Source: an uncultured bacterium (lineage in GTDB: Bacteria; Bacillota_I; Bacilli_A; RFN20; CAG-826). Taken from it: a DNA stretch of 64,000 bases. The position numbers and the translations under genes were made by a program. The stretch covers positions 71,070 to 135,069 of the forward strand of contig CASEKC010000001.1 of NCBI GenBank assembly GCA_949288485.1, written 5' to 3'. This document shows, piece after piece, positions 40,395 to 49,800 of this stretch. Below the pieces are notes generated by a model that was not told where the DNA came from, did no database searches, and saw nothing but the letters and a program-made list of their open reading frames with translations. How positions within the stretch are numbered: the stretch's first letter is position 1; the number at the start of each line of letters is the position of its first letter.

Positions 40395-41276
40395 TTAGTC
40401 TTTATTCCAAAATTTATCGTAAGCATTCATTATCTTTTCTTCAGCAACATGTGTATAAATTTGAGTAGTTTCGATGTTTTCATGACCTAACATCTCTTTA
40501 ACAGTTTTTAAATCTGCTCCCTTTGATAATAAATGTGTAGCAAAAGAATGCCTTAAAGTATGAGGTGAAATTGTTTTAGTTAAATTTATAATTTTTGAAT
40601 GTTTTCTAATCATTTCAAAAATATATTGTCTTGTTAATTTATGTCCGTTTTTATTTACAAAAAGAGTTGTTTTATCAGAAGAAATTATCTTTTTTCTAAC
40701 ATTTTTTAAATATAGATCAATATAATAAAGCGCTTCGCTTCTTATCGGTACTTCTCTTTGTTTATAACCTTTTCCAAGTACTTTTATTATCTTTTCTTGA
40801 ATGTTTATGTCTTTTATTTTTAAATTTATAAGCTCTGAAACTCTTAATCCAGATGAATATATTGTTTCGATTATTGCTTTATCACGTAATTCATCATCTT
40901 TAGAAATGTCAAAGGAATTTATTAAAGAATCTACTTCATCAATCGTTAAATATTCAGGTAAATATTTTTCACTCTTTGGTGTATATATTTTTCCAATTAT
41001 ATTGGTTTCAATTCCTTCTGTTTCTAAAAAAATATAAAAATTTTTAATTGTAGAAAGTCTCCTTTTTATCGATGAAGTTTTTAAATTATTGATTGATAAA
41101 TTATAGTTAAAATCATTAATATCATCTTTTGTTAAATCTGAAGTATCTTCTATATAAGGAAAATATTTTTTAAAAAGCAAAAAATCTTCCTTATAATTTT
41201 CAATTGTTTGAGGAAGAAGATTTTTTTCAATTAATAAAAAATTTAAATATTTTTGAAAAGCTTGATTAATTTCCAT
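40395..41276 (-). CDS. xerD: Site-specific tyrosine recombinase XerD/RipX-like
   Basis: GLRVSEL, GKG, HTLRHSFATHLL, LGH, TTQIYTHV; upstream of deoB as in Bacillus. Confidence 0.88.
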   Translation of the reverse strand: MEINQAFQKYLNFLLIEKNLLPQTIENYKEDFLLFKKYFPYIEDTSDLTKDDINDFNYNLSINNLKTSSIKRRLSTIKNFYIFLETEGIETNIIGKIYTPKSEKYLPEYLTIDEVDSLINSFDISKDDELRDKAIIETIYSSGLRVSELINLKIKDINIQEKIIKVLGKGYKQREVPIRSEALYYIDLYLKNVRKKIISSDKTTLFVNKNGHKLTRQYIFEMIRKHSKIINLTKTISPHTLRHSFATHLLSKGADLKTVKEMLGHENIETTQIYTHVAEEKIMNAYDKFWNKD

Positions 41277-42471
41277 GTTTATTTTTTAAATCCGAAACCC
41301 TTTTTAATACATCTTTATTAAATTTCCTATTTAATTCATTTATTAATAAGAAAGTTTCACTTTCTTTTTCGTGAATCATATAATCATCAAAAGTCATTTG
41401 AGTAACAGCTTCATTTCGATTGATTAAATTTTTAACTGAAAAACCTATTAATCTTATTAGTTGATTTTTATATGAATTTTCAAATAATTTAATAGCTGCT
41501 TCTTTGATTTTTGTTTCACTATCAGTGTAATCACCAATAGTTTTTGAATATGTAGTTGTTTTAAAATCACCGGTATTCGAAGCTTCTTTTAATGTTAATT
41601 GAATAGTTTTTGTTAATTTACCTTCGTTTTTCATATCAGCAATAATTCTATCAACTTCTTTCAAATAAAAATCGCGAATTTCTTCTCTTGAACTAGAATC
41701 ACTTAATAAAGTTCTTGTTGTTCCGATAGATTTTTGTTCATCTGAAACTACATGAACTTCATCAGACGATCTTCCTTCTAAGCATTCTAAAATATAATTT
41801 TTAGATTCCATTAAGGTTTCATTAACTTCAGGAATATTTAACTTAATTTTATAATATAAATCTCCAATAGTTTTAATGCCTAATTTATATAATTTTGGTG
41901 ATGTTTTCTTTCCGATTCCATAAAATGTTTTAACATCTAAAGGAAATAAGATTTTTTTAATATCTTTTTTTCTGATTATAGTTATTCCCATTGGTTTTTT
42001 ATAATCTGATCCCATTTTAGCTAAAAATTTAGTAGGACCAACACCAATAGAACATTTTAATTTAGTTTTTTTATATAAAGAATTTTGAATATCTTTTAAA
42101 TACCAATAAATGTTGTTTTTTCCATATTTTTTAAAAGATTCTGTTATATCAACATAACATTCATCACAAGAAATTTGTTCGATTATTTCACTATATTTTC
42201 TTATATGAGATATAAATTCCTTACTTAAAAGTTCAATAAAATTAAAATCAGGAGGCAAAATTATTAAATCTTTACATAAGGCTTTTGCTTGAAACATAGG
42301 CATTCCAGAACTAACACCATATTTCCTAGCTTCATATGAGCAAGTTGAAACGATTCCAGCTCTCCCTTCTCCTCCAATAGCGACTGGTTTACCAATAATT
42401 GAAGGATTTTTAATTTCTTCACATCTTACAAAGAAAGTATTCAAATCGATATGTAATATAATTTTGCTCAT
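41266..42471 (-). CDS. dinB: DNA polymerase IV (Y family)
   Basis: HIDLNTFF, SYEARKYGV, SCDECY, AKMGSDYKKP. Confidence 0.95.
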   Translation of the reverse strand: MSKIILHIDLNTFFVRCEEIKNPSIIGKPVAIGGEGRAGIVSTCSYEARKYGVSSGMPMFQAKALCKDLIILPPDFNFIELLSKEFISHIRKYSEIIEQISCDECYVDITESFKKYGKNNIYWYLKDIQNSLYKKTKLKCSIGVGPTKFLAKMGSDYKKPMGITIIRKKDIKKILFPLDVKTFYGIGKKTSPKLYKLGIKTIGDLYYKIKLNIPEVNETLMESKNYILECLEGRSSDEVHVVSDEQKSIGTTRTLLSDSSSREEIRDFYLKEVDRIIADMKNEGKLTKTIQLTLKEASNTGDFKTTTYSKTIGDYTDSETKIKEAAIKLFENSYKNQLIRLIGFSVKNLINRNEAVTQMTFDDYMIHEKESETFLLINELNRKFNKDVLKRVSDLKNKHGN

Positions 42472-42495
42472 ATAAATATACTAATAAATTACTAT

Positions 42496-42684
42496 TTATT
42501 TACTATATTCATTTATTTTTGCTTTTGCTTCATTTAATGTATCAGTTTCTTCTTTAATTAATTTTTGAGCTTCTTCATATAAAGAAAGCATTTCATTTAA
42601 AGGAGCATTACCTTCACTCATCTTTTTAACAATTTCATCTAAACGTGCTAGTTTTTCTTCAAAGGTTAATTCTTTATTTTCCAT
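42496..42684 (-). CDS. xseB: Exonuclease VII small subunit
   Basis: TFEEKLARLDEIV...LSLYEE; downstream of xseA. Confidence 0.92.
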   Translation of the reverse strand: MENKELTFEEKLARLDEIVKKMSEGNAPLNEMLSLYEEAQKLIKEETDTLNEAKAKINEYSK

Positions 42685-43924
42685 TTTTTAATTTCTCCTT
42701 TTTTGTAATTGAAACATCGACTTCTTTATCTTTAAAAATAATTTTATTATTACCTTCATCTTTAAGTAATTTAGATTCATAAATTATTTCATCATTTTCA
42801 TCTTTAATAATACAGTATCCTTTATTTAAAATATTATAAGGATTAGATGAATCAGCAAGAATTTTATAATTGTTTATCTTATTATCTAAATTATAAATAT
42901 AATTTTTAAATAAGTTGGTAATTTTTATCTCATAATTAGTTATTTTTTCAAAATAAGCATCATAAATTTTATCTAAACTAGTTAATGATTTATTCGTTTT
43001 TAAAATAGTTAATTTATGAATATAATTTGATAAAAAATTATTCATTAAGGTATTTATATAATCTTTGTTTTGTTTTAAATCATTTAATACATCTTCTTTA
43101 TTAGGAACGACAATTTCAGCAGCTCCTGTTGGAGTTGAAGCATATTTATCAGCGATAAAATCAGTTATTGATCTATTAATTTCATGACCAACCGCACTAA
43201 TTAACGGAGTTTTTATTTTTGCTATCGTGCGAATTAATTCTTCATCATCGAAGCACGATAAATCTTCAATACTTCCGCCACCTCTAGCAATAATTAAAAC
43301 ATCATTATTATCATTATCAGCTTTAATAATATTTTTAATTAAATCTAATGGTGCTTCTTTTCCTTGAACTAAACTATAATAAAAATTTATTTCAACAAGT
43401 GTCCATCTTCTAATAATATTTGTTTCTAAATCTTTACTAGCAGCACTATTTTTTCCGACAATAATTCCAATTTTATAAGGGAAAAGAGGTAATTTTTTCT
43501 TTCTAGATTCATCAAAAAGACCTTCTTTTGATAATTTTTCAATTAATTTTTGTTTCTTTAGAAGAATATCACCTTCTCCTTCTCTAGAAATATTTTTAAC
43601 GATTAATTGATAATATCCACCGTTTGCATAAACTGATAAAGAACACGTTAAAATAACTTCATCGCCATCTTTAAAATCTTCTTTTAAAGAAAAAGCGTCA
43701 TATTTAAACATGACACATTTTATAGTGCTTGAAGAATCTTTAAGTGAAAAATAAATATGCCCAGAAATATTTTTACCTTTCCAATTTGAAATTTCACCCT
43801 TTACTTTAAGAGATTTAAAAAATGGAGAAGTATCAAAAATTTCTTTAACTAAATTATTGATTTCTAATACACTAAACGTATGGTTTTTTATATTATTATT
43901 TAATTCTTCTTCAAAATTATTCAT
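42674..43924 (-). CDS. xseA: Exonuclease VII large subunit
   Basis: GEISN, GHIYFSLKD, ARGGGSIEDL, SAVGHE, TPTGAAE. Confidence 0.96.
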   Translation of the reverse strand: MNNFEEELNNNIKNHTFSVLEINNLVKEIFDTSPFFKSLKVKGEISNWKGKNISGHIYFSLKDSSSTIKCVMFKYDAFSLKEDFKDGDEVILTCSLSVYANGGYYQLIVKNISREGEGDILLKKQKLIEKLSKEGLFDESRKKKLPLFPYKIGIIVGKNSAASKDLETNIIRRWTLVEINFYYSLVQGKEAPLDLIKNIIKADNDNNDVLIIARGGGSIEDLSCFDDEELIRTIAKIKTPLISAVGHEINRSITDFIADKYASTPTGAAEIVVPNKEDVLNDLKQNKDYINTLMNNFLSNYIHKLTILKTNKSLTSLDKIYDAYFEKITNYEIKITNLFKNYIYNLDNKINNYKILADSSNPYNILNKGYCIIKDENDEIIYESKLLKDEGNNKIIFKDKEVDVSITKKEKLKNGK

Positions 43925-44333
43925 TTTTTAAACAATTATCTAAAATAGCATTTACAAATTTATAATCGTCTTTTTCGCCATATTTTTTTGCTAATTCAAC
44001 CGCAATATTAATAGCAATATTTTTATTCATTCCTTCAATATATTTAAAATTGGTTACCGCTAAAATTAAAATAGCTTTAATACAAGTATTTAATCTAGAA
44101 AATTTCCAATTTTTTAAATATTGTGAAATTAAAGAAATAATTTCTTGTTCGTTTTTTAATGATTTAATAATAATTTCTTTTAAAAATGTAGGAGTTTCTT
44201 CGTAACTCATGCCTAAAAAATCTTCGAACGTTTGTTCGATATTGATTACAATTCCTTCTTCTTGACAAATCAAAAACGAAGAAAGTATTTGCATTGCGAT
44301 TTCTTGAGTTTTATTTCTACTAATCTCTTCCAT
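43917..44333 (-). CDS. nusB: Transcription antitermination factor NusB
   Basis: WKFSRL, INIAVELAKKY, FVNAILD. Confidence 0.9.
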   Translation of the reverse strand: MEEISRNKTQEIAMQILSSFLICQEEGIVINIEQTFEDFLGMSYEETPTFLKEIIIKSLKNEQEIISLISQYLKNWKFSRLNTCIKAILILAVTNFKYIEGMNKNIAINIAVELAKKYGEKDDYKFVNAILDNCLKNE

Positions 44334-44336
44334 ATT

Positions 44337-44669
44337 TTATTTATTTTTTATATCACTAAAACTAAAAGAAATATCAAAAGGAATAGCTTCACATTGATTT
44401 AATAAGTTAACATTTAAATTTTTAGTAACTTCTTCTTCGATTATTTCTTTACTAACATCTTTTTCAACAAGCAAATTAAATTTATAAGAAATTTTATTTC
44501 CTCTAATAATTGCTACAACACTTGGTTTAGATTTTTCATTTTTTTCATCTTTTTTAACGATTCCAACAACATCTTTTAAAGATTCTTTACCAATTGTTGT
44601 AAAAACTTTTTTACTCATTGCAAGTTTGCCATTTTTATTAAATTTATTTAAATAAATGTAATTTGCCAT
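44337..44669 (-). CDS. Asp23/Gls24 (YqhY)-like protein
   Basis: GKLAMSKKVFTTI N-terminus; position upstream of nusB. Confidence 0.55.
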   Translation of the reverse strand: MANYIYLNKFNKNGKLAMSKKVFTTIGKESLKDVVGIVKKDEKNEKSKPSVVAIIRGNKISYKFNLLVEKDVSKEIIEEEVTKNLNVNLLNQCEAIPFDISFSFSDIKNK

Positions 44670-44670
44670 A

Positions 44671-46671
44671 TTAATTATTCTCCTTCATATAATCAAGAAT
44701 AAATTTAGTTAAATAAGGCTCTTCAAATTTGAAATGAGAAATAAGTTCATTAGCATTTCCACTAGCTCCAAAACAATCAATTCCATAAGGATGAGCACTA
44801 TATTTATGCCAACCAAATGTTGAAGCCATTTCAACAGAGAATGTTTTTTCTCTAGAAGATCTTAAGACACTTGATTTATATTTATCATCTTGAAGTTCAA
44901 AGCTATTATAAGAAGGCATTGAAACAACATCAAAATCTAAACCTGATTCAAGTAATTTTTGTTTAGTTTGAATAGCTAAAGAAACTTCACTTCCTGTAGC
45001 AATAATTGTTCCATCAGGAATTTCTTTAGTTGCTTTATCAATAATATAAGCACCTTTTTCAAAGTCTCCATCATATTTTGAATTTTCAAGTAATGGTAAA
45101 TTTTGACGTGATAAAACGATTGCGGTTGGAGTTGTTTTGCTTTTTAATGCAACTCGATATGCACCATAAGTTTCTTTTGCATCACAAGGTCTAATTAAAT
45201 TGAAATTAGGAATAGATCTAAGCATTGCAAAATGTTCAATAGGTTGATGAGTTGGGCCATCTTCTCCTACAGCAATAGAATCATGTGATAATAAATAAAT
45301 TTGAGGAACTTTCATTAAAGAAGACATTCTTATTGCGCTCTTTGCATAATCACTAAATACAAAGAAAGAACCAACATAACTTCTTAATCCACCATGGAGT
45401 AAAATTCCATTTGATGCTGTACACATCAAGAATTCACGAATACCCCAGTTTATATTTGTACCATTTGGAGTTGATGGAGTGAAAGTAATTCCATTATTTA
45501 AATGAGTTTTAACACTACTTGCAACGTCAGCACTTCCTCCAACAAGGAAAGGTAAATTTTCATGGAAATAATTTAATAAAATTCCACTAGTATTTCTTGT
45601 TGCATCTGTTTTTAATGTTGAAACATCAAATTTTAAATTATCAACAATATCATCGATATTATTATTATTATTAAATACTTTTTCTAAAACATCGATTTTA
45701 TCGCCATTTATTGCTTTTTGTTGTTGATAATAATTGTTATATTTTTCATATTTCTCATTAGCTCTTGCAATAAAAGTTTCTTTAAAATCATTGTAAACTT
45801 CTTGTGGAATATCAAATGGTTCATTTGTATAGCCGTAACTTAATTTAGCATTATTTCCATCTTCTAAGCCTAAAGGTGCACCATGTACTTTACAAGTTCC
45901 TTGATTTTTTGAACCATATCCAATAATTGTTTTAAAAATAATTAAAGTAGGTCTTTCTTCTTCTTTTTTAGCTTTTGCTAAAGCATTACGAATTTGAGTT
46001 ATATTATTACCATCTTTTACAGTAATAACATTCCATTTTGCACTTTCAAATCTCATTTTAACGTCATTTACGTCAGATTGAGCTAAAGGTCCATCTAATG
46101 TAACGTCATTTGCATCATATAAAAGAATGAGTTTATTTAATTTATTTAAACCAGCAAAAGAGATAGCTTCTTGAGAAATACCTTCTTCTAAACAACCATC
46201 GCCACAAATACAATAAGTATAATGATTGAATAAATGTTTTGAATATTGTGCAGAAAGCATTCTTTCAGAAAGAGCAATACCAACTGCTTCAGCAACGCCT
46301 TGTCCTAAAGGTCCACTTGAAGCATCAATTCCTTCAGTAACTCCAACTTCTGGATGTCCTGGGGTAATTGATCCAAATTTTCTAAATTTTTTTAAATCAT
46401 CTATTGAAATATTATATCCACATAAATGAAGAATTGTATAAAGAAGCATTGAAGCATGTCCACAACTTAAAACAACTCTATCGCGGTTAATCCAATTAGG
46501 TTTAAATGGATTTGCAACAACGAAGTCACGATATAAAACATACATAATTGGAGCAAGAGAAAGTGAGGCTCCTGGGTGACCGCTATTGGCAAGATTTATT
46601 CCGTCGATAGCTGTTGCTCTTAAAGCTGCGACACATAATTTTTGAGTTTTTCTAGATTGTGAACTTTGCAT
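44671..46671 (-). CDS. tkt: Transketolase
   Basis: SGHPG, RDRVVLSCGH, GDGCLEEG, GEDGPTHQP. Confidence 0.98.
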   Translation of the reverse strand: MQSSQSRKTQKLCVAALRATAIDGINLANSGHPGASLSLAPIMYVLYRDFVVANPFKPNWINRDRVVLSCGHASMLLYTILHLCGYNISIDDLKKFRKFGSITPGHPEVGVTEGIDASSGPLGQGVAEAVGIALSERMLSAQYSKHLFNHYTYCICGDGCLEEGISQEAISFAGLNKLNKLILLYDANDVTLDGPLAQSDVNDVKMRFESAKWNVITVKDGNNITQIRNALAKAKKEEERPTLIIFKTIIGYGSKNQGTCKVHGAPLGLEDGNNAKLSYGYTNEPFDIPQEVYNDFKETFIARANEKYEKYNNYYQQQKAINGDKIDVLEKVFNNNNNIDDIVDNLKFDVSTLKTDATRNTSGILLNYFHENLPFLVGGSADVASSVKTHLNNGITFTPSTPNGTNINWGIREFLMCTASNGILLHGGLRSYVGSFFVFSDYAKSAIRMSSLMKVPQIYLLSHDSIAVGEDGPTHQPIEHFAMLRSIPNFNLIRPCDAKETYGAYRVALKSKTTPTAIVLSRQNLPLLENSKYDGDFEKGAYIIDKATKEIPDGTIIATGSEVSLAIQTKQKLLESGLDFDVVSMPSYNSFELQDDKYKSSVLRSSREKTFSVEMASTFGWHKYSAHPYGIDCFGASGNANELISHFKFEEPYLTKFILDYMKENN

Positions 46672-46673
46672 AT

Positions 46674-48425
46674 TTAATCTTCCTCCTTCACAATTTTTAT
46701 TCCAAGCTCAGCAAGTTGATCATCATCAACATTTACTGGAGCATTTGTAACAGGACAAACAGCACTTAAATTTTTAGGGAAAGCAATAACATCTCTAATA
46801 TTGTTAGTTTCACATAAAACCATGGTTAATCTTTCAAGTCCGAAAGCCATTCCACCATGTGGAGGTGTTCCATATTTAAGTGATTCAACAAACCATCCAA
46901 ATTTTCTTTGAATATCTTCTTCACTAAACCCTAAGATTTTAAAAATTCTATCTTGTGTTTCTTGATCATAAATTCTTAATCCGCCACCACCGGCTTCATA
47001 ACCATTCATAACAATATCATAAGTATAAGAATATACATTGTATGGCTCAGTTTCTAGCTTATCTAAATCTTCATCAACTGGTCTAGTGAATGGGTGATGA
47101 CATGGAGTAATTTCACCAGTTTCTTCACTTTTTTCAAAAAGTGGGAAATCAACAACCCATAATACATCAAATGTATGAGGTTTAATTAAATTTAATTCTT
47201 CAGCTAAATCAGTTCTTAAAGCGCCAAGACCAAAATTTACATTTCTTAAAATATTGCCTTGAGCAATAAAAATAACATCATTTTCTTTTAATGAGAATCT
47301 TTCAATTAAACCATTTTTAGTTTTCTCATCGAAGAATTTAACAATTGAACCAACAAGTTCGTTATTCTCATATTTTATAACAAAATAGTTATTAAGTTTG
47401 AATTTTTTTGCTAAAAGATTATAAGTATCTTGTTTTTTTCTTGTGCAATCTTTAGCAAAATTTTCAACTTTAATACCTTTTATATATTTTGCGTTTTTAA
47501 ACGTTTCAAATTCTGAATCAACAAATAAATCTTTTATATCGGTTAATTTTAAATCAAAACGAGTATCTGGTTTATCACTACCATAAACATTTGTAGCTTC
47601 ATCATAAGAAATTCTTCTTAAAGGTAATTTAATATCAACATCAATTACTTCTTTAAAAACTTTTTGAACAAAACCTTCCATTAATGTAAGGAATTGATCT
47701 TGAGTTAAAAATGAAGTTTCAATATCAATTTGAGTAAAATCAGGTTGACGATCAGCTCTTAAATCTTCATCTCTAAAACAACGTGCAACTTGATAATATC
47801 TTTCAAAACCTGCTACCATTAACATTTGTTTATAAAGTTGAGGAGATTGAGGAAGAGCGTAAAATTGACCCTTATGAATTCTACTAGGGACAAGATAGTC
47901 TCTAGCTCCTTCTGGCGTTGAAGGTGCAAGATAAGGAGTTTCAACTTCAATAAACCCATTTTGGTCTAAATATTCATGAGCGATTTTAACAATTTTTGCT
48001 CTTGTAATAAAATTCTTTAATAAATTTGGTCTTCTTAAATCTAAATAGCGATATTTTAAACGAATATCTTCTAAAGCATCAGTTTTTTCAGCGATAATAA
48101 ATGGAGGTTGTTTAGCAGTATTAATTAAAACAACTTCACTTGCTTCAATTTCAATTTCGCCTGTTTTTAAATTTGGATTTGCTACATCTTTTTTATTAAC
48201 AACTCCAGTGATATTTAAAATATATTCATTACGAATATCAGGTACTTCAATTGAATCTGTTTTAATTAAAACTTGAATAATTCCACTTCTATCTCTTAAA
48301 TCAACAAACATTAAGCTTCCAAGATTTCTCTTTTTTGAAACCCAACCAACAACAGAGACAGTTTTATTTAAATCATTTAAAGATAATTCTCCGCAATAAT
48401 TAGTTCTTTTTATCTCTTTTTCCAT
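46674..48425 (-). CDS. aspS: Aspartate-tRNA ligase
   Basis: FVDLRD, PEGARDY, LPQSPQ, CFRDEDLRADRQP, PPHGG. Confidence 0.98.
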   Translation of the reverse strand: MEKEIKRTNYCGELSLNDLNKTVSVVGWVSKKRNLGSLMFVDLRDRSGIIQVLIKTDSIEVPDIRNEYILNITGVVNKKDVANPNLKTGEIEIEASEVVLINTAKQPPFIIAEKTDALEDIRLKYRYLDLRRPNLLKNFITRAKIVKIAHEYLDQNGFIEVETPYLAPSTPEGARDYLVPSRIHKGQFYALPQSPQLYKQMLMVAGFERYYQVARCFRDEDLRADRQPDFTQIDIETSFLTQDQFLTLMEGFVQKVFKEVIDVDIKLPLRRISYDEATNVYGSDKPDTRFDLKLTDIKDLFVDSEFETFKNAKYIKGIKVENFAKDCTRKKQDTYNLLAKKFKLNNYFVIKYENNELVGSIVKFFDEKTKNGLIERFSLKENDVIFIAQGNILRNVNFGLGALRTDLAEELNLIKPHTFDVLWVVDFPLFEKSEETGEITPCHHPFTRPVDEDLDKLETEPYNVYSYTYDIVMNGYEAGGGGLRIYDQETQDRIFKILGFSEEDIQRKFGWFVESLKYGTPPHGGMAFGLERLTMVLCETNNIRDVIAFPKNLSAVCPVTNAPVNVDDDQLAELGIKIVKEED

Positions 48426-48430
48426 ATTTT

Positions 48431-49738
48431 TTATTCCTCGTGACGATGATGAGAACATGAATGATCGTCATTTTCTTTTTCATCTAAATAATCAACAATT
48501 TTATCTAATGAAACAGTCTCTTGTGTTTCTTTTCTTAAATCTTTAACAACAATTGAATTATTGTTAATTTCTTCTTCACCTAAAATCAAAGCATATTTAG
48601 AAGATAATTTAATTGCTTTTTTAAGCATTCCTTTTAATCCCTTGCCCTCTAAATTGACATCACTTTTATAACCATTAAGTCTTAAAGTTGTAGCAATTTC
48701 TAAAGCTTTATCTTGGTAAGAAATATCTAATGGCATAATATAGCAGTCTAATGAATCATCAATTTCATCAAAAAGTGAATCATCACTCATTACTGAAGCA
48801 ATTCTTTCAATTCCAATTGCAAAACCACATCCTTCAATATCTTTTGGACCACCGATTTCTTGAATAAGTTTATTATAGTGTCCTCCTCCACAAAGAGCGC
48901 CATAATTTATACCTTTTGAAGAAGTATAATGGAATTCAAAGACGACATCGCTATAATAATCTAATCCTCTAACAAGATTTCTATCGATTTCATATTCAAT
49001 TCCTAATTCATCTAAACTTTTTAAAACTTTATTAAAGTTATCTTTAGATTTATCGGTTAAATAATCTTCGATTTTTGGAGCGTTTTTGACTATTTCTTGA
49101 TCCGATGGATCTTTACAATCTAAAATTCTTAAAACATTGAGTTTAAATCTTTCTTTACAATCAGGACACATTGTTTCTAAATGTTTTTCAAAATAATTTC
49201 TTAAAACTTCTTTATAATTATTTCTTGATTCGTCATCACCTAAACAATTAATAACGAGTTTTAAAGATTTAAAACCAAGCATTTTTAAAGCAAAATAACA
49301 TAATGAAATAACTTCAACATCGCGGTATGGAGAAGTAACTCCAACACATTCAATACCAAATTGATTGAATTGACGATATCTACCTTGTTGAGGTCTTTCA
49401 TATCTAAAACAAGGTCCAACATAATAAGCTTTAACAGGAATATCTCCTAATGCTAAAAGTTTATTATTAACAATACTTCTAATAACTCCAGCAGTTAATT
49501 CTGGACGTAAAGTGATACTTCTATCACCTTTATCTAAGAATGTATACATCTCTTTTCTAACAATATCGCTACTATCTCCAACTGAACGTTGAAATAATTC
49601 GCTATATTCCATAATTGGAGTTCTAAATTCTTTATAATTAAAATATTCAGCAACTTGAATTAAAGTTTGCTCAATATATGAATATTTATCAGCCTCACTT
49701 AAAATAACATCGTGGGTACCTTTTACTAAATTAAACAT
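48431..49738 (-). CDS. hisS: Histidine-tRNA ligase
   Basis: LRPELTA, FRYERPQQGRYRQF, LVRGLDYY, GGGHY. Confidence 0.98.
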   Translation of the reverse strand: MFNLVKGTHDVILSEADKYSYIEQTLIQVAEYFNYKEFRTPIMEYSELFQRSVGDSSDIVRKEMYTFLDKGDRSITLRPELTAGVIRSIVNNKLLALGDIPVKAYYVGPCFRYERPQQGRYRQFNQFGIECVGVTSPYRDVEVISLCYFALKMLGFKSLKLVINCLGDDESRNNYKEVLRNYFEKHLETMCPDCKERFKLNVLRILDCKDPSDQEIVKNAPKIEDYLTDKSKDNFNKVLKSLDELGIEYEIDRNLVRGLDYYSDVVFEFHYTSSKGINYGALCGGGHYNKLIQEIGGPKDIEGCGFAIGIERIASVMSDDSLFDEIDDSLDCYIMPLDISYQDKALEIATTLRLNGYKSDVNLEGKGLKGMLKKAIKLSSKYALILGEEEINNNSIVVKDLRKETQETVSLDKIVDYLDEKENDDHSCSHHRHEE

Positions 49739-49800
49739 AAATCTTTTCCCTCTAAATAGAACGAAATAATTATATATAATTATTTCTATATATTCAAAAA

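Noticed and set aside
40395..41276. Tyrosine recombinase as a possible prophage or ICE integrase
   Set aside because: Size, motifs and xerD-deoB synteny fit chromosomal XerD/RipX; no att sites or cargo genes nearby.
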